Below the pieces are notes generated by a model. The model was not told where the DNA came from, made no database searches, and saw only the letters and a program-made list of their open reading frames with translations. The position numbers were made by a program, and so were the translations under genes. This document shows, one piece after another, positions 23,742 through 37,488 of a stretch of DNA of 64,000 nucleotides (the stretch's first letter is position 1; each line of letters begins with the position of its first letter). The stretch lies in NCBI GenBank assembly GCA_037447605.1, contig CM074808.1, forward strand, positions 3,348,001 to 3,412,000, read 5' to 3'. Source of the stretch: Zygnema circumcarinatum SAG 698-1b (Eukaryota > Plantae > Zygnematophyceae).

Positions 23742-25063
23742 GATATCTGCAGGCAAACAACTGCCACCTGATGTCTAAAAAGCTGTCTGGAGACTGGAGG
23801 GTTAGACAGGAGAGGCGACAGAGGGAGGAGAAACGATGGAGAAGAGTTGTAATGCAGCACCGGCGCCAACTGGCGGCCTAAAGCGCAGTTGGAAAAGCGG
23901 TGCCTGGGGGAGGGACGAGGCGAGTGCCAGCGAGATGTGGAGTGTGGGGAAGGTAAAGGGAAGGGGAATGGGAATGGGAGGGGCGGAGAGTGGATTAAGA
24001 GGAACGAAGCAGGAGAGGGAAGGGGGTGGAGTGCGAGGAATGAAGCGGGAGGCTGTGTCACTCATGTGCTGATTCAGCGTTTATCGCGACCATGACTCGT
24101 TATCTTCTGCGACTCTCGTCAGGGGTCTCTGGGGACGTATCTCGGCTTCTCGGACTCCTTGGAGTGGAGGATTGCACTCTGAAAAACAGTGTAGGTGAAA
24201 TGCTGCTTCAAGACTCAAGAGCCGGTTCAGGGGGTCAAATTAGAAAACCGATTTGTGGCTGATTGAAGCGAAGTATCTTGGTGGAGAGGTGCTCTATCGC
24301 AATAAAACCAATTGAAGGAGAAGATGGTAATTATTCTGATATTTTTGTCAGTCTCATGGGCTGTTATTTGAAGTAGAATAAGGGTAAAAGCTGATCCCGA
24401 TCATGCAAGGATATTCAGGTAGCCTTCACTACGACATAATGGGTGGTGGAGAAAGGACAAAACGGAAAGGTTGGAGAATGTCCACGGTTCTTAATGCTGT
24501 AACGAACAAGAATTTGAGTCTGTGATCATCCATTTACTGGTTCTTGGCATTTGCTATGTTGAGTTATCAAGATGAATGTTACTCTGTGAAAAGGACAGGC
24601 GCAAGGTATATCTCGTCGGTTCTTGTTTCATTAATTGCTGAGCAGCGATTGTAGAAGATTCATACATATATGTGAAATCTTATGTTGAAATAGCGGACTG
24701 GCGTGGTCATGCATGCTGCATCATGATATAGCATTTTAGCAAAACATAGTACGGAACAATGTGGTTCTGAAAATTTTGTCAAGGTTGCTGACAAGGTTTT
24801 GCTGCTATAACATAGCATGTTATTCAAGTTTACGATTGGTGTGGTTATCTGCATTCCTGTGCCAACCCAAAACGTGAAAGAGTTGTTAGTGATATTGTAA
24901 AGCGTGCATTCATGTACAGGTTGGGGTCAACGTGATGATAATCCACGCATTTGAAAGCCTCGTATGAATTACGAAACCTGGAGCTGTTTGTAATCTTCGG
25001 TAGAGGCTATTTACTCTTTACCACGTTGAGTGAAGGAACTCAGGAATAGACCATAGGGTGGAC

Positions 25064-27642
25064 ATGGACGAGGATAACGGAGAGCTATGTCTCCATGGAT
25101 CGGTCGTGGATGAGAAATCTCAAATGATATTAGGACGAGGAGAACGGAACTGCAGAACAGATGGACTGAAGGAAGGATTTGGAGGTGTCCTCGCATGTTC
25201 TACGGAAGGAAGTCGTGATTCCGTGGAGTCTATCGGAGAACGGAGTTTTTCCATTAAGTTGCCCCCTATCCTCTTTTCCGGAACTGTTCCAAAAAAGCCC
25301 CGAATATATGTCTGCAATGAGAAGAAGGAAGAAGAAAGGAGTGAGAAAAAAGCCGATGCTTTAGAATTGCAGGGAGGAGATAATGGCATGCTTGGAGAGT
25401 TCGCTGAAGGGACGGATGTAGAACCGGCCGGAATGGGAAAGCAAATGCAAGAAGGGGATGTACAGGACAAGATTCCAATGTCCTGGGGTTTAAGACTTTG
25501 CCCTGAAGCCCTGCAGGCAGTTGCGGGTCTTGGCTGCAAAGATCTTGCAGAGCAGGTCATGGAGGCCAAGTATGGAATCATGGCATTCCGCATGGAACAG
25601 GTGGGTGGATGGTCCTTTTCCAAAGCCCTTTTCTCCCCATGGTAACAGTAAGAACTGGCAACTGGGGGGTAGCTGGTGTTTGGATGCTCTGCTTAATGTC
25701 CGGTTTAGATAGATGACAAGAATCAAAGCGTGGATGGTGGGCAGGGGGAAGAGCTTTGGGCAGCTGCAGCTAAAGCAGTAAACACGTATGAGCTTGTGCC
25801 AACTGTCGCGTCACAAAAAGTCATCAATCGAGCATATTACAAGATGCGAGAGTTGATTCGGGCCTTTGAACTCGTGCCTTCTTGTGATAAGAGCAGCCAT
25901 TTTTGCTCAGTTCATTTATGCGAAGGGCCGGGTGGGTTCATTGAAGCTACTATTGACTCGCGCACCTCCAATTCAGAGGCAAAGAATGTTAGAGAGTGCA
26001 GTGCGAGTGCTTGCAGGAAGAGGAAGCGGAGGAGGGCAACAGAGAGTTCCGAAGGGATAATGGGAGGAGGGAAAGAGGAGGAGGTTGGTGATGATGGATG
26101 TGGCCACTTTGTTAGGGAAGAAAGCAGAATACAGACAGGAGATAGTTTACAGGATGAAGAAGGCGGGCAACGGAGTATTAGAAGAAGGCGAGTGGTGGGT
26201 GTGTCAGAAAAAGAGACTTCAAAGGAATTAGCAGGAAGAGAGAACTTGGATGAGAGTCGCATTCCGATAAGCTCTCCACCGGAGGAAGGAGGGATGAAAA
26301 AGTATTCCCACGTTTGGTTCGGTATCACAATGAAATCTGCGAATTCTGCCAAACGGGTGAATCTGGCAGGAAAGGATTCGTTGACCAGGGGTGGTGGGCA
26401 TGAAGTTCCGTCATATTTGGCTTTTCAAGAGGAAAGATTAGCAGGAATAAGAAAGAGAGACTCGTTCAAAAGCATAGGAACGGATGTAGAGGCTGAGTGG
26501 AAAGTAGCGGAAGGCGAGTCTGAAGGAATGGAAGGGCATGCAAAGGAGTGGGCACATGGCTGGGAGGGTCCAATTTTTCAGCAGGAGGAGAGCTGCTGCA
26601 AGAAATCTTCATCAGGCAATCAAGCAATAGGCAGAAGTTCAGGTGGAATCAGCACTGCAGTGACGCATACGCTCTCCAATGTGATCTCTGGAGGTCCTAA
26701 ACTGACTGGAAGCGATTCTCTGTCCGAATGCATGTGTACAAGTGAAGGGAATGTCGAAAGAGGAAAAATGGCAGTGGAGGGACATGTCCATTATGGGGAG
26801 GATGGTAGCGGGGATCTGACAAAGATGGGAAGCATCGCATCGTTTGCCGAATTCGTGATGGCAAAGAGTGCAGGGAAGGGAGCCTTCCTGGTCACAGGAG
26901 ACGGCGGGTTCGATGTATCGGAGGATTTCGGAACGCAGGAGGAGCAGCATGTGCGGCTTGTGTTCGCCCAAATGTTGGCAGCTCTCAAGGTGCAGGTAAG
27001 GGGCTTTAGGGTTTCCAGAGTGCTGCATAAAGGAAGGAAGGCATAGTGTTGTCAGAACACGATGGAATATGTCCTCTTCCTTTGCTCCGCTTGCAGGCAC
27101 CTGGTGGCTCCTTCGTCCTGAAGCTCTTCGACTGCTTCACTGCAGCCACAGCCACCCTACTCGCAATAGCTACCAGCCTATACAAAGAAGTGAGGCTCGT
27201 GCGTCTCAATATGACACGTGTTTGCAGCTCCGAAAGGTACATGGTCGCCCGAGGCTACTGCGGCCCTCGTCAGCAGAATGGGGAGGTTGTTCCCAGTGGC
27301 CTAACAAGGATAGAAGATGACCTGCAAGCAGCCATGGAGGATTGGGAGAAGAAGGGGAGCATGAGGACTGCCAGTGTGGGGCCCATGCTGGAAGGCGGCT
27401 TTCCAAGGGACTTCATGGTTGCCATTTGTGGGTTTAATGACCGGGTTTTGAAGGGCGAGAGGGACGCCATTCATGCGGCACTCAATGTAGGGACGGAGTG
27501 GGCGGAGCTTTTGCCTGATCGGAGGTGTAAGAGGCAGAGGAAGAAGGCGGTTTGGGCCCTCCTGCAGAAGTGGATGAGAGAGGGAGGGAAGAAAGAGAAG
27601 GCGGAAGTTCTATGTGGACAATTGGGTGTGCCCATTTGTTAG
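25064..27642 (+). CDS. FtsJ/RrmJ-fold RNA 2'-O-methyltransferase, CMTR (cap methyltransferase)/NCLDV FtsJ-like, with long low-complexity insertions
   Basis: Exons 25064-25600, 25709-26995, 27097-27642. Motifs NRAYYKMREL, HLCEGPGGFIEA (SAM binding), WFGITM, GEDGSGDLT, LVTGDGGFDVSEDFGTQE, PGGSFVLKLFDCFT, SSERYMVARG, giving the K-D-K-E tetrad. Confidence 0.85.
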
Positions 27643-28566
27643 GTTTTAAAAAAGTGTTATTCGCACCCTTCGCTCAGGTCGATGTGCCCCCACTGGCAAC
27701 GTCGCAGCTTCTTGTGGAGGCTTTGCTTCTTGAAAACATAACAGGTTTTCACGTGTCTCTCGTTTGAAGAGGTCATTGCGACTGCTTCATTGATTCCACA
27801 TGCTCTATTGCCCTTTTCCATGTATATTTTATGTCATCGCTATCGCGAGGTCAATGCCAATCATAATTACTTTTATGCAAAAAAGGTGCACTTTCTAGAG
27901 AGTCTTCGTTTTTAGCTCTGGTTTCTTCTGTTTTCGCAAAACGAAACTTTTTTTTTTTAAACAGATTCCCTGTTTAAATATTTTGGGGTCTACTTTAGTT
28001 GCATTGGTTGGTTTGCGGTAGTAGTCTGTTGGCTACGGAGAAAACATGGAAAATAGCCTATTATAAGAGTCGACACAATATTTGGTATGATGTTCAAGGA
28101 AATGTGTTTTTTTGCGGATAAAAAGAACGGCAGAATCACCACATTAAGAACGTTAGCCAAAGTCGAAACTTCTCTCAGCGCTTACAGGGTGTGAAACTCT
28201 TGAGATGCACAAAACCCTGTCATGAGATGTTATTGAGTTATTGAGTTGGCCGTATGCGCGTCCTGTAGTCCTTCAACGTGGCCTTAATTGACGTCTTACT
28301 GGTATCCAGCTTCTCGTCTTTTCAAGCGGCTCGTGAACACTACACTGGTGTCAATGCCAAGGGTTGGGTTGCAGGCGTCCTCGTGAGTACTATACTGCAC
28401 TGGGAATTGGACAACACTTGAATGCCGCTCCATGCTGTTCCCCTTGTAGCCATGTTTCTCATAAGAAAAAGTGTCAACTTCCATCAGATTATCACACTTT
28501 TACCCGTCCGCTAGGCTCAACGCAGACACCAATGGGCACTTGTTGCGATGAATTGCGTTTGCAATC

Positions 28567-31500
28567 TCATTCTTCCGACAAGTTTTCCACAAAAATCCTC
28601 TCAATTGCGCTTTCCAGTTTCTGCATCTGGCAGCCCCTCAGGAGTCGCCAGGCCATGGCCAGACATTTTTGGCAACACAGAACGTCAGAGGTCTGAAAGG
28701 GTTCCACTGACAAGGATGACAGACACCAACAGACAAAGGATCAAAGTTGAAAAGATATGAGCATAGAACGGAGTAGTGTTCATTCAGATTGTCGCAGCGT
28801 CCGGGTGAGGAGGGTCTGCGTACCTTAGCTTCCACCATGGGATTGTCCAGCATTCGCAATAAGTTATTGGTCGTGATGGCTCTAATCAGCAGCTCTTGCG
28901 CTTCTTCGTTCTGCCTCTTGATTTCGTCATAAATCTGTTCAAGTAGCACACGAGTATGCGAAGTTAAAGGCAGTACCCTACTTGCATCACTTTACGTCGT
29001 TCGAAAGCAGTGTGAACCGGGAAGTCAAATAATGAAGAGAGATGCACCCGCCAGTGACATTATACTTCAATCCACGCTTACCTCCTTCAACGCACGCTTC
29101 GAGTCAATCCCTGCCCGTTGATGCTGGTAAGCACGCTCAACAATTGAAGCTTCTTTATTGGTGGTTATCTTGAGCGACTTATTCAGACATTCAGCGCCAG
29201 GATTGGATATGCAGAGTTCCTTATCACCACGCCCAACCTGAAAAAAAGCTAGTTTGAGACCCCCTTGTTCAGTATCTTCGAATTTAGATGTCTTGACGAG
29301 GTGAATTGTCTTGATCTTGACGGGTAAACATAATAATATGAATGCGTCAATCCTGTATACCAAGGCGGAGGTTCAATCACGATCCAACCTCTCGACTGCA
29401 TAAAAATTCATGCACACGAGAATTCATGCATGGTTCCTTCCTGTGAGAGTAAAGCGGCGAATGTTGTACCCACATTCAATCGTATAATGACAAGCAGTAC
29501 CCACAAGCGCTGAGAGGGCCAAATCTGGAGTTGTGGGTTGTTTAGGGACGACGACACACCCTTGTCGTCAGAGCTGCTGTAATTCGCTTCGTCTGCCCGA
29601 GACCTTGAAGCAGTGAGTCGTCTTGCTTCATGTTGGCAGGAAGCTTCGCAAAAGCATTTCTTCCTTTGCAATTTTCTTGTTCAGGCCTGCACCGTCCAGG
29701 AAAGAAAACGTTTCGAAAGTGGATGCCAGGCGAAAAACAATTAAGATGGACTCTTTCGTCAAGTGTCTCCTGATGAGAAGCAATCAGAAAGGACCATTGA
29801 TGGGGCAATTATTCAAGAAATAGTTTCGTTGATGGTGTTGTATGCCATAAGCTAAAGATTGCAGTGTGTATTGCATGCAACCAGGGGCGAAAACAACGAG
29901 AGAAACTATACTGGCCCACACATGCTGATTTCTAAAGGACGGCAAGACGAAACTAGTTGTCTGCGCGGTTATGTGCTAGATGCATGGGATATGCCTTAGG
30001 CTTATAGGCTTTGCCTCGACATTATATTGCCCTTCATGATCTGCCTTGCAGTGTCATACCTTCGGCTGGTTGATAGAGCAACAACGTGATCTACCTTGAA
30101 GCACATTGGCAGTGCCATACCTTCGGCTGGTTGATAGAGTAACAACAGTTGAAGTTGATTCACTCCCCTTCCACCATACGACGTCCTTGTTTGTCGGCTG
30201 TTAGGGCCAAACAAGCCAAAAACCTTATGTTTTACTATCAGCTCTTAATTGATGTATTCGATCCAAGAACAAAATCCTCTTGAGTTGAGGCTACGAAAAC
30301 GTTTTCATGTATTCAGCACACTGACACATTAGTGTAAATTGTATTTAGTCATAGAGTATCAAGCCCCTGATTTTCAGCGGAAATTACATACCATAGCCTG
30401 TAGCTTGGTTGACAGATCAGACCGGGGAACGGAAGCTCGTTCCTTTAAGGCATTCACTGACAATGGTGCACTCGCTAGGTTGACATTTGAAAGCATTCTC
30501 AACCTTTGGTTGGCGTTGGTTGGCTCCTGCTTACACCAGAAATGACCAAAACAAACCAGCCATAGTTTTATATTGAAAGTGTACAGCATTCCTCTTCTGT
30601 CAATTGCAAGCTTATACTGCAGAGGCGAACGAACAAACTTGAAAGAGTTAATTAAAAAGGCTGGCAAAGTCCTTCTCACAAGTGGTAGTTTCCTCTTTAA
30701 TGTCTGGAGTGCCCCTGTTGGTTTCGAACCCTTCAGAGTCTGCAGGGCTTCCTTCCTCCCGTCCATCGTCGTATCTTGGACGGACTTGGAGACGTCACAA
30801 GCAGTTGCAAAAACTTGTAGTTTTTTGTGGCTTGTCTCTAGAACTGGATTCCTGCTGGGCCACCAACTGGAAAAGGTTAACACTCATTTGTGTAGCTTTT
30901 TGATTTCCTCTTTAAGGTTCAAGCCATAACTCACCTCGTCAGGCGCTCAGTTGATGCTGCTATATCCTTTACAGCAGCAGCTTGCTGCTCATGGCCTCCA
31001 GGCTGCTTAGAAGATAGGGGCAGTGGCTCCATTTGTGTGGCTCTGTCCTTTCCTGCGGCAGCTTGCTGTTCATGGCATGCAGGCTGCTTAGAAGACAGAG
31101 GCAGCTGCTCCATTGGTGCAAGTTCCTCCACTCCTGTAGCGGCTTCCTGTTCATGGCCTGCGGCCTGCTTGGTAGGCAGCGGCAGTGACACGATTGATGC
31201 TGCTTTTTCCTTTCTCGTAGCAGCTCGCTGTTCATGGCTTGCAGGCTGCTTAGACGACAGATGTAATAGCTCGATGGCTGGTGCTTTCTCCTTTCCTGCG
31301 GCAGCTTGCTGTTCATGTCCTGCAGGCTGATTGGAAGACGGAGGCCGTGGCGTGATTAGTGCTGGTTTTCCTTTTGCGGTAGCAGCTGGTTGATCGTGGC
31401 TTGCAGGCTGCTTGAAAGACAGGGCCTGTAACTCCGTTGGTGCCGTCTTCTCCTTTGAAGCAGCAGCTTGCTGTTCACGTCCTCTGGGCGGCTTGGAGGA

Positions 31501-34414
31501 CAGAGCAGTGCTAATGAATAAACTCGTCGTTGTTGCAGGCTGCTTTGTGGAAGTCACCTGAGTAAGGTCCTGCTGAGTTTTTGCCGCATGCAGTGTCCGA
31601 TTTTTTACAAGAGTTGAGCAGTCTTCAACACCGCGACTCTGTTGTGGACGTGATGTTAACTTCGCTAGCAGAGGTGAAGCAAGAGGTTTTGACTTCTCAT
31701 TGCTCTGAAGGAGGCCAGAACATTGATTTGGTCCATTTTGTGATGTACCATCTACGATTCTGCAAAGCAGGTTAAGACCGTAAGAATTCGGCTGTGAAAC
31801 TTTGAAGGGCTTACTGTTTTGTTCGCACTTCCCGCATTCATGATTTCTGACTCCGGTTATCTCCCAGTTTGAACCATACTAAGAGTAGCTGGAAAAAGTT
31901 CTCACCTTCCAGGCTTGACTGAAGTTTGCCTTGACTGAGGATCGTGAGGCTTGGCGGGAAAGGGTGATTTGATGACTGCCGCTGTTGCTTGCCTTATCCC
32001 ATTTGCTGCAGGTTTCGTCGACAGTGCCTGCTCATTTGGAGCAATAGGCTGACATGCAGTGACATTGCGTTCGTGTGCCAGCCGTAACTCCTCTGGGTTC
32101 TTTTCCGTTTCTAAGGCAACGCGGGCAGGATAACACGAACTGTTCTCCCTGGAAAACAATGAACAGACCGTTTGATTGATGAACCTTGATTTTCGTGAAA
32201 GGACACAGACTGAGCTACGTTCTACTGGTACAGAAAAGAGCTGTCCAGTAGGCTTCTGAGAGATTCACCTTAACCAGAAAAAGCATCCTGACGTAGACAT
32301 ACCAGTGTCAACAATACAATACAATACAATACAAAAAGGCGGCATATATGTGATTCCGGCTTCGTTTCAAGATACAATCATGCAGAATTTGACTCTGCAT
32401 ATGTAACATTATGAAAGGCGGTCAGAATTTTTCCACCTCTGTTTGATGTCCAACTTATCAGAGGCTTTATCCGCAACGGTTTCGTCAGATTGCGCAGTTG
32501 CTTTGCCTTGCATCCCCTCCGCTTGTACCGTTGGAATAGGTGTCAATTCCTTGGTAGTTTCGTTGAACCCATTGTCACCTACTTGATGGTAGAGTGCGAG
32601 CGAAGCATCCTTGTACTTCTGAAGATCGGCTGATGAATCAAATGCTGCAGGATCGTTTTCTTGCTGACAAGCTCGATTCAACCCAACAGGCCCACCTTCA
32701 GCCTCACCTGCCTTCTCTGTCTCTGGCGGAGGATCTCTGGGCTCTGCTTGAAGTGCTTGCTTTGCAGGGGCACTTGCATCTCCTTTAGTGGCTCCGCTTT
32801 CAACCAATTCATTAGTCTTCATTTTATCTGACCAGCTGAGTGCTTTGAGGAAGCTATCTTGAAGGTCAGCCTCCGATGACTTGCTTGTTTCAATGCTAGT
32901 TTTGACATGGGCAGAATATATTCGAATTTCAGGCTCTTTCGAGCCCACAGCCGCTCCTGCGCCTTCGTCTATTTCTTGCATGTGTCCATTCGCTGCATGA
33001 TTGGATCCAGAAACCGTAGTCTTGTTTGAGGTATCCACTTTACAGTTACGAGAGTTTTCGAGCCCTGTGCCAGGTTCTTTGCTCATATCTTCGTGCTCAT
33101 AATCTTCCGATGATCTGCATTGTCCAGTTACTTCCTGTTGTGGATTCGTGTATTCTTCCCCGTGATTTCTGCCAGAAAGCTCACAACTTTCTCTTGTTAC
33201 ACCATTCGTCTTCTGATTGCTCTTGATCGACGCCTCATCGTTCGGCCGTGAAGGTCCCTTTAGCGGTTCCCTTGAAGTGATTTCGAAATCACTGCATAAA
33301 ACCTCCGACATCAAAGCATATAATTATCAGTTATTGTCCCCCAACAGCCTAGTTCTATCCAGCTCATGGCGTAATCGGGAAAAAAAACAAGGCGTGCTTT
33401 ACTGTCTGCCTGTACCAGCCACCAGTTATTCTTGAAAACAGCTACTCCTTCTCTCAATCTATTTACCAATGCAGACTGGTGATTCAGCAGTCGAAGCACT
33501 TATCCATGGACGTGAGTTCACCATTTGCTTGTGAAATCATTGAAACCAAGAGAACCTAAAGACACGGATTTGGAAGATTTAGCTGGGGAACTCCTCGCAG
33601 AAACAGTCTTCTTTTCGTCTCCCCTATGACTAGCTGGTTCTGGAGAATCCAATCCACTGATATTTATGTCAAATTTATCAAGTCCTCCTTCAAAATCAAA
33701 GTCCATCCTGTTCGCAGCCAACAAGTCGGTGTCAGCACTGCTATACTAAACCACGATTAAGGATTGGCTTCAGTTGTATTGAACGAATCTCTGCAACAGG
33801 ACAGCTATGTCCCTGGAACTTTCTAAGCGAAATAAGAGCCAGGAGTTCTTTCCAGCAAAGTGAATGAAGAATGGTAACAATTTTCGGCCTGATTCCTGTG
33901 CTCATGAACAATGCAGAAGAATGAAATATATTTGGTGAACCAGAAAACGTCAAGTTGAGATTGCGAACGATGAATAATTTACACAACAATGGATGCGTAC
34001 AGCTTATCGTCCATCTTGAATTTCGTCTTCGTGGTCGTTGATGCCGGTTCATCATCAAAATCTAGTGAAGCTCCGCCTCTGACGTTGGTCGGTTTCCAGC
34101 CCTTAAGAAAATCGTCATCTGCAATGTAAGCTTTGCAAGGTGGACTTGTTAAGAAAATGGGGAAAAAACTATTCAGATTAGACGAGAATCTAAATCTTTT
34201 ACTGACTCTTCCTTAACTGATAGTCCATTTTCAGTCACCAGAGATTGTCAAGCTTGATCTACAATTGCTTAACTGGAGCCGTTCGAGGAGTTGCCTCACC
34301 AAAATCAGCGTAGTCTGCCGCAGATTTCCCTTTTGCGCTCGTTTTTTGTGCAGCTGACTTAGTATTTACTTGCTGTCGCTGAGAACTCAGGAGATCGTCC
34401 ATGTCGAAGTCCAT
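28567..34414 (-). CDS. At4g18490-like uncharacterised protein (large, low-complexity middle, conserved N- and C-termini)
   Basis: Exons include 34414-34300, 34118-34001, 33737-33522, 33291-32437, 32148-31906, 31759-30935, 30866-30680, about 30526-30423, 30199-30121, about 29236-29081, about 28937-28827 and a last exon ending 28567. N-term DDFLKGWK..MDFDFEGGLDKFD and C-term IYDEIKRQNEEAQELLIRAITTNNLLRMLDNPMVEAK resemble, from memory, the plant At4g18490 family. Some middle exons are uncertain. Confidence 0.7.
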
Positions 34415-35689
34415 GTTTGCTGACAGAAATACTGACGATGTCAAATCGGCACCAACCACAGTAGGTCAATACGATCAGTCTCCCTCCCGCAAATGCATAA
34501 TCATCCTCGCCTTGCGTGAGCAAACGCTCAGCATGCCTCTCCCATGGATTCCCTTCCTCCTGCAAGCAGTAGGCGGCTGCAAGCGCTGGCCCCGCACCAG
34601 TCTCTGAAACGGTCTTGGACGAGGACGGTGCGCCAAAACCCCGTTTGTACCCGACGGCCTTCGCGGCGACGGCTAATTTTGAGAATTCTTACATCGACGC
34701 AGGAGCTTCAAGCTCATTTCAAAATGTTTATTTCTATTTTCACAAAAGGGCCATGGAAGCGGGTGAGCGGATAGTTCAATGTTATTTAAGAAATAAAAAA
34801 TAAGAATTATTATTTGTTGGCATCCCAATTCGTTCATCGGATGGATCCACATCACAATCTTGGTCACCATGCGCCGTGTTAGTCAACCATTCTATGGCCG
34901 TTGACCAAGTCCTGAAGTAAGCTTGAAATTTGTGCGGCCCTTCACGTTCATTTGACTACAACGCTCAAAGGACGTCCCATGCGCGCGTCGGGACAAGCGG
35001 ATTCCGCTCTGGAATGTAAGGCTAGCAGGATTTGTTGACCTTGTACCTGGTTCATAGCCAGCTGCTATTGTACCTCCATGCATGGTAGATTGTGCAAGCA
35101 CATCCCCTCAATGCGAGGCGATGACCAACCCTCAACCAAGCATCTGAAAGGAACAGCTCCAGCAAAACAGGTTTGTACCACAAGGAACTAGAAGCTGCTT
35201 ATTCGTTACACCATTCGTCTCTCTATCACCTTTTATCTTTTCTCCCTTTTCGTGGTTTTCTTTGGGACGATTTCAACTGCTTCGTGTTTCACACGACTTT
35301 TTGCGATCGAATTCGCAAAACGAGCGCTCGGCAAATTACGCCAATTATACAAATGTCTCGATTGCAAAGACACAATGTCAGAAATAAACTCTGCGTATGA
35401 ACCCCCCTGCACCGGAAGCCTCATTTGAAGCTGACGTTGTCGCCCAACCAGATCATGCCAGATATCATTTTTCTTTTTCCTTTTTTGAAATCAAAGTTGA
35501 ATCAATGAAGCTGGTGGAGAACCATCCAGACGAACATGTACAATTCTCCCGCGCCCTTAAACCAAATGCAAAATTACAAAACCAACACCTTACAGCCCGC
35601 TCCTACGTACTATGTACAAAGCAGCAAAAGGCAGGACCCCCAAGAATCGCATCCGAGCCAGCCCCCCCGCCAGCCCGCGGCTCCGCCCC

Positions 35690-37153
35690 CTACGCCGTGG
35701 TTCTGAACACGACGCACTGCCGCGCCGGCTCGAAGAGCTGCTCGGCATCCGGCGGCACATTGTATGCGCCGCCGGCTCCATATGGGATTCTGAACGCCGC
35801 GATGGGCAGCGCGACGCAGCGGGCGAGGAAGAAGGGCAGACCGGGCGCGGCCTGGAACGTGCGCGCGTGCAGGACCGCGTCTTCGCCGCTGAGGAAGAAC
35901 TGCTCCCCCGCCCCCGTGCTCGGCGCAGGACACTCTCTGAAGAGGGCCGACCCCGACCTGTCCACCTCCACCGCGACCTCTGACCCCGTCTTGTTTGTGC
36001 GGAGGCCGGGGCTCAGACGGCTCTGGTTGGGAGTGGAAAGGCTGAACGTAGGTACTTCCGTGGCAAAGCCTTCAAAGTAGAAGTCGCAAATCTCCAGCGG
36101 AGTGGTTGGGCACGAGGACATGCAGGGGGGGGGAGGGGGTGGAGGGGAAGGTGGAGGAGGGGGAGAGGGAGGAGGGAAAGGAGGAGGAGAGGGAGGGGGG
36201 GACGGAGGAGGAGAAGGAGGGGGCGAGGGAGGAGGTGAGGGAGGGGGCGAGGGAGGGGGAGATAGTGGCGGAGGGGGTGAGGGAGGCGGCGATGGATCTG
36301 TCAAGTTGCAGGCGGCACCAGTGACGCCTTGAGGGCCGGTAGTGAACACGAGGCAGCGACGAGCGTCAGGATACTGTTTCTGATTGTTGTCCTCCCAATT
36401 GAGGTTGATGGGAGTGCCGTCGACTGTGACTCGTAGAGCCGTAAGGGGGATCACCATGCACGCATTCTCAAAGTGGGCCTTTGACGGCTGCATGTGCCAA
36501 TGACGAGGTCATGTCGCATGTCAGAATCTTCACCAAATGAACGTTTCTTCACTCTTAGAAAGCCCAACGTATTAAAACACAATACCACTGGCATGAAGTC
36601 AGCAACATTGCAGGATGGCGCTTCATGCTCACCGTGTTGAAAGTGCGGAATTTGAGGTGCGCCTGCTCTTCGTTGACATAGAACTGGTTCCCCGCACTCG
36701 TCCCCACCTTCTTCGTGCAGAGGAAGGCGGCGTTGCCGGAATTGTCCACCTCAACGCTCTCTCCGTTTGTGGAGTCCATCACGGCGGGGCCAACCGCCGT
36801 GTCGGGTTGCCCATCCAGGCTGCATGGAACAGCTCATTCCCACCATCAGGATGAAGAATATAAACCATACAAGTATGATATTTATCTTTTGAGCTCGATT
36901 GGCTAAACCCTGGCTGCCTGGCTCCTTTCCGCTGCCATGGCCCGGCCGCCTACCTAATAACAGGAATCGAAGTCTCGTAGCCATCGAAGAAGAAGTCGCA
37001 GTACTCCTTGGGGCTGCTTGGACACTCTGTGAAGGCCGGCGTGAAGGAAGCCAAGAGGTTCCTCAATTGGCGGCCATCCGCCACGTGGCCAGCAGCAAGG
37101 GACAAGGCCACCACGAGCACATTGAAGAGGACGTTCCCCCTCGAGGTCCCCAT
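35690..37153 (-). CDS. Secreted chimeric hydroxyproline-rich glycoprotein, copy B (parent locus)
   Basis: Exons 37153-36954, 36819-36633, 36487-35690. Intact paralogue of 10667-12101 with a slightly longer (SPPP)n rod. Confidence 0.85.
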
Positions 37154-37488
37154 CGCCTCCGCGCGCGTGCCTGCTTGGAGAGGAGAGGCGAGGCGTGCAG
37201 GAGGAGGCGGAGGGGGAGGGCGCGCTGCCTGTCTGTCTGCGTCTGCGGCCGCCGCCTCCTTTGTATGCGCGCGCTGCTCCCCTCCGCGCCGTGTGCCGCC
37301 GCCGCCGCCGCCGCCGCCTTCCGCGAGGCCGCGGGAGGGACCGCGTTGACTCGTGGCGCCGTACGGAGGCGACTATCGTTGACGTCGTTGACTGTGGTGC
37401 CGTACGGCACGAGCGGCGACGGGCCGGTGGCAGGAAGGCGCGGCGAAGGGGGGCAGTCCGCTTGGACCGTACGGCCGCGTGTCCTGGG

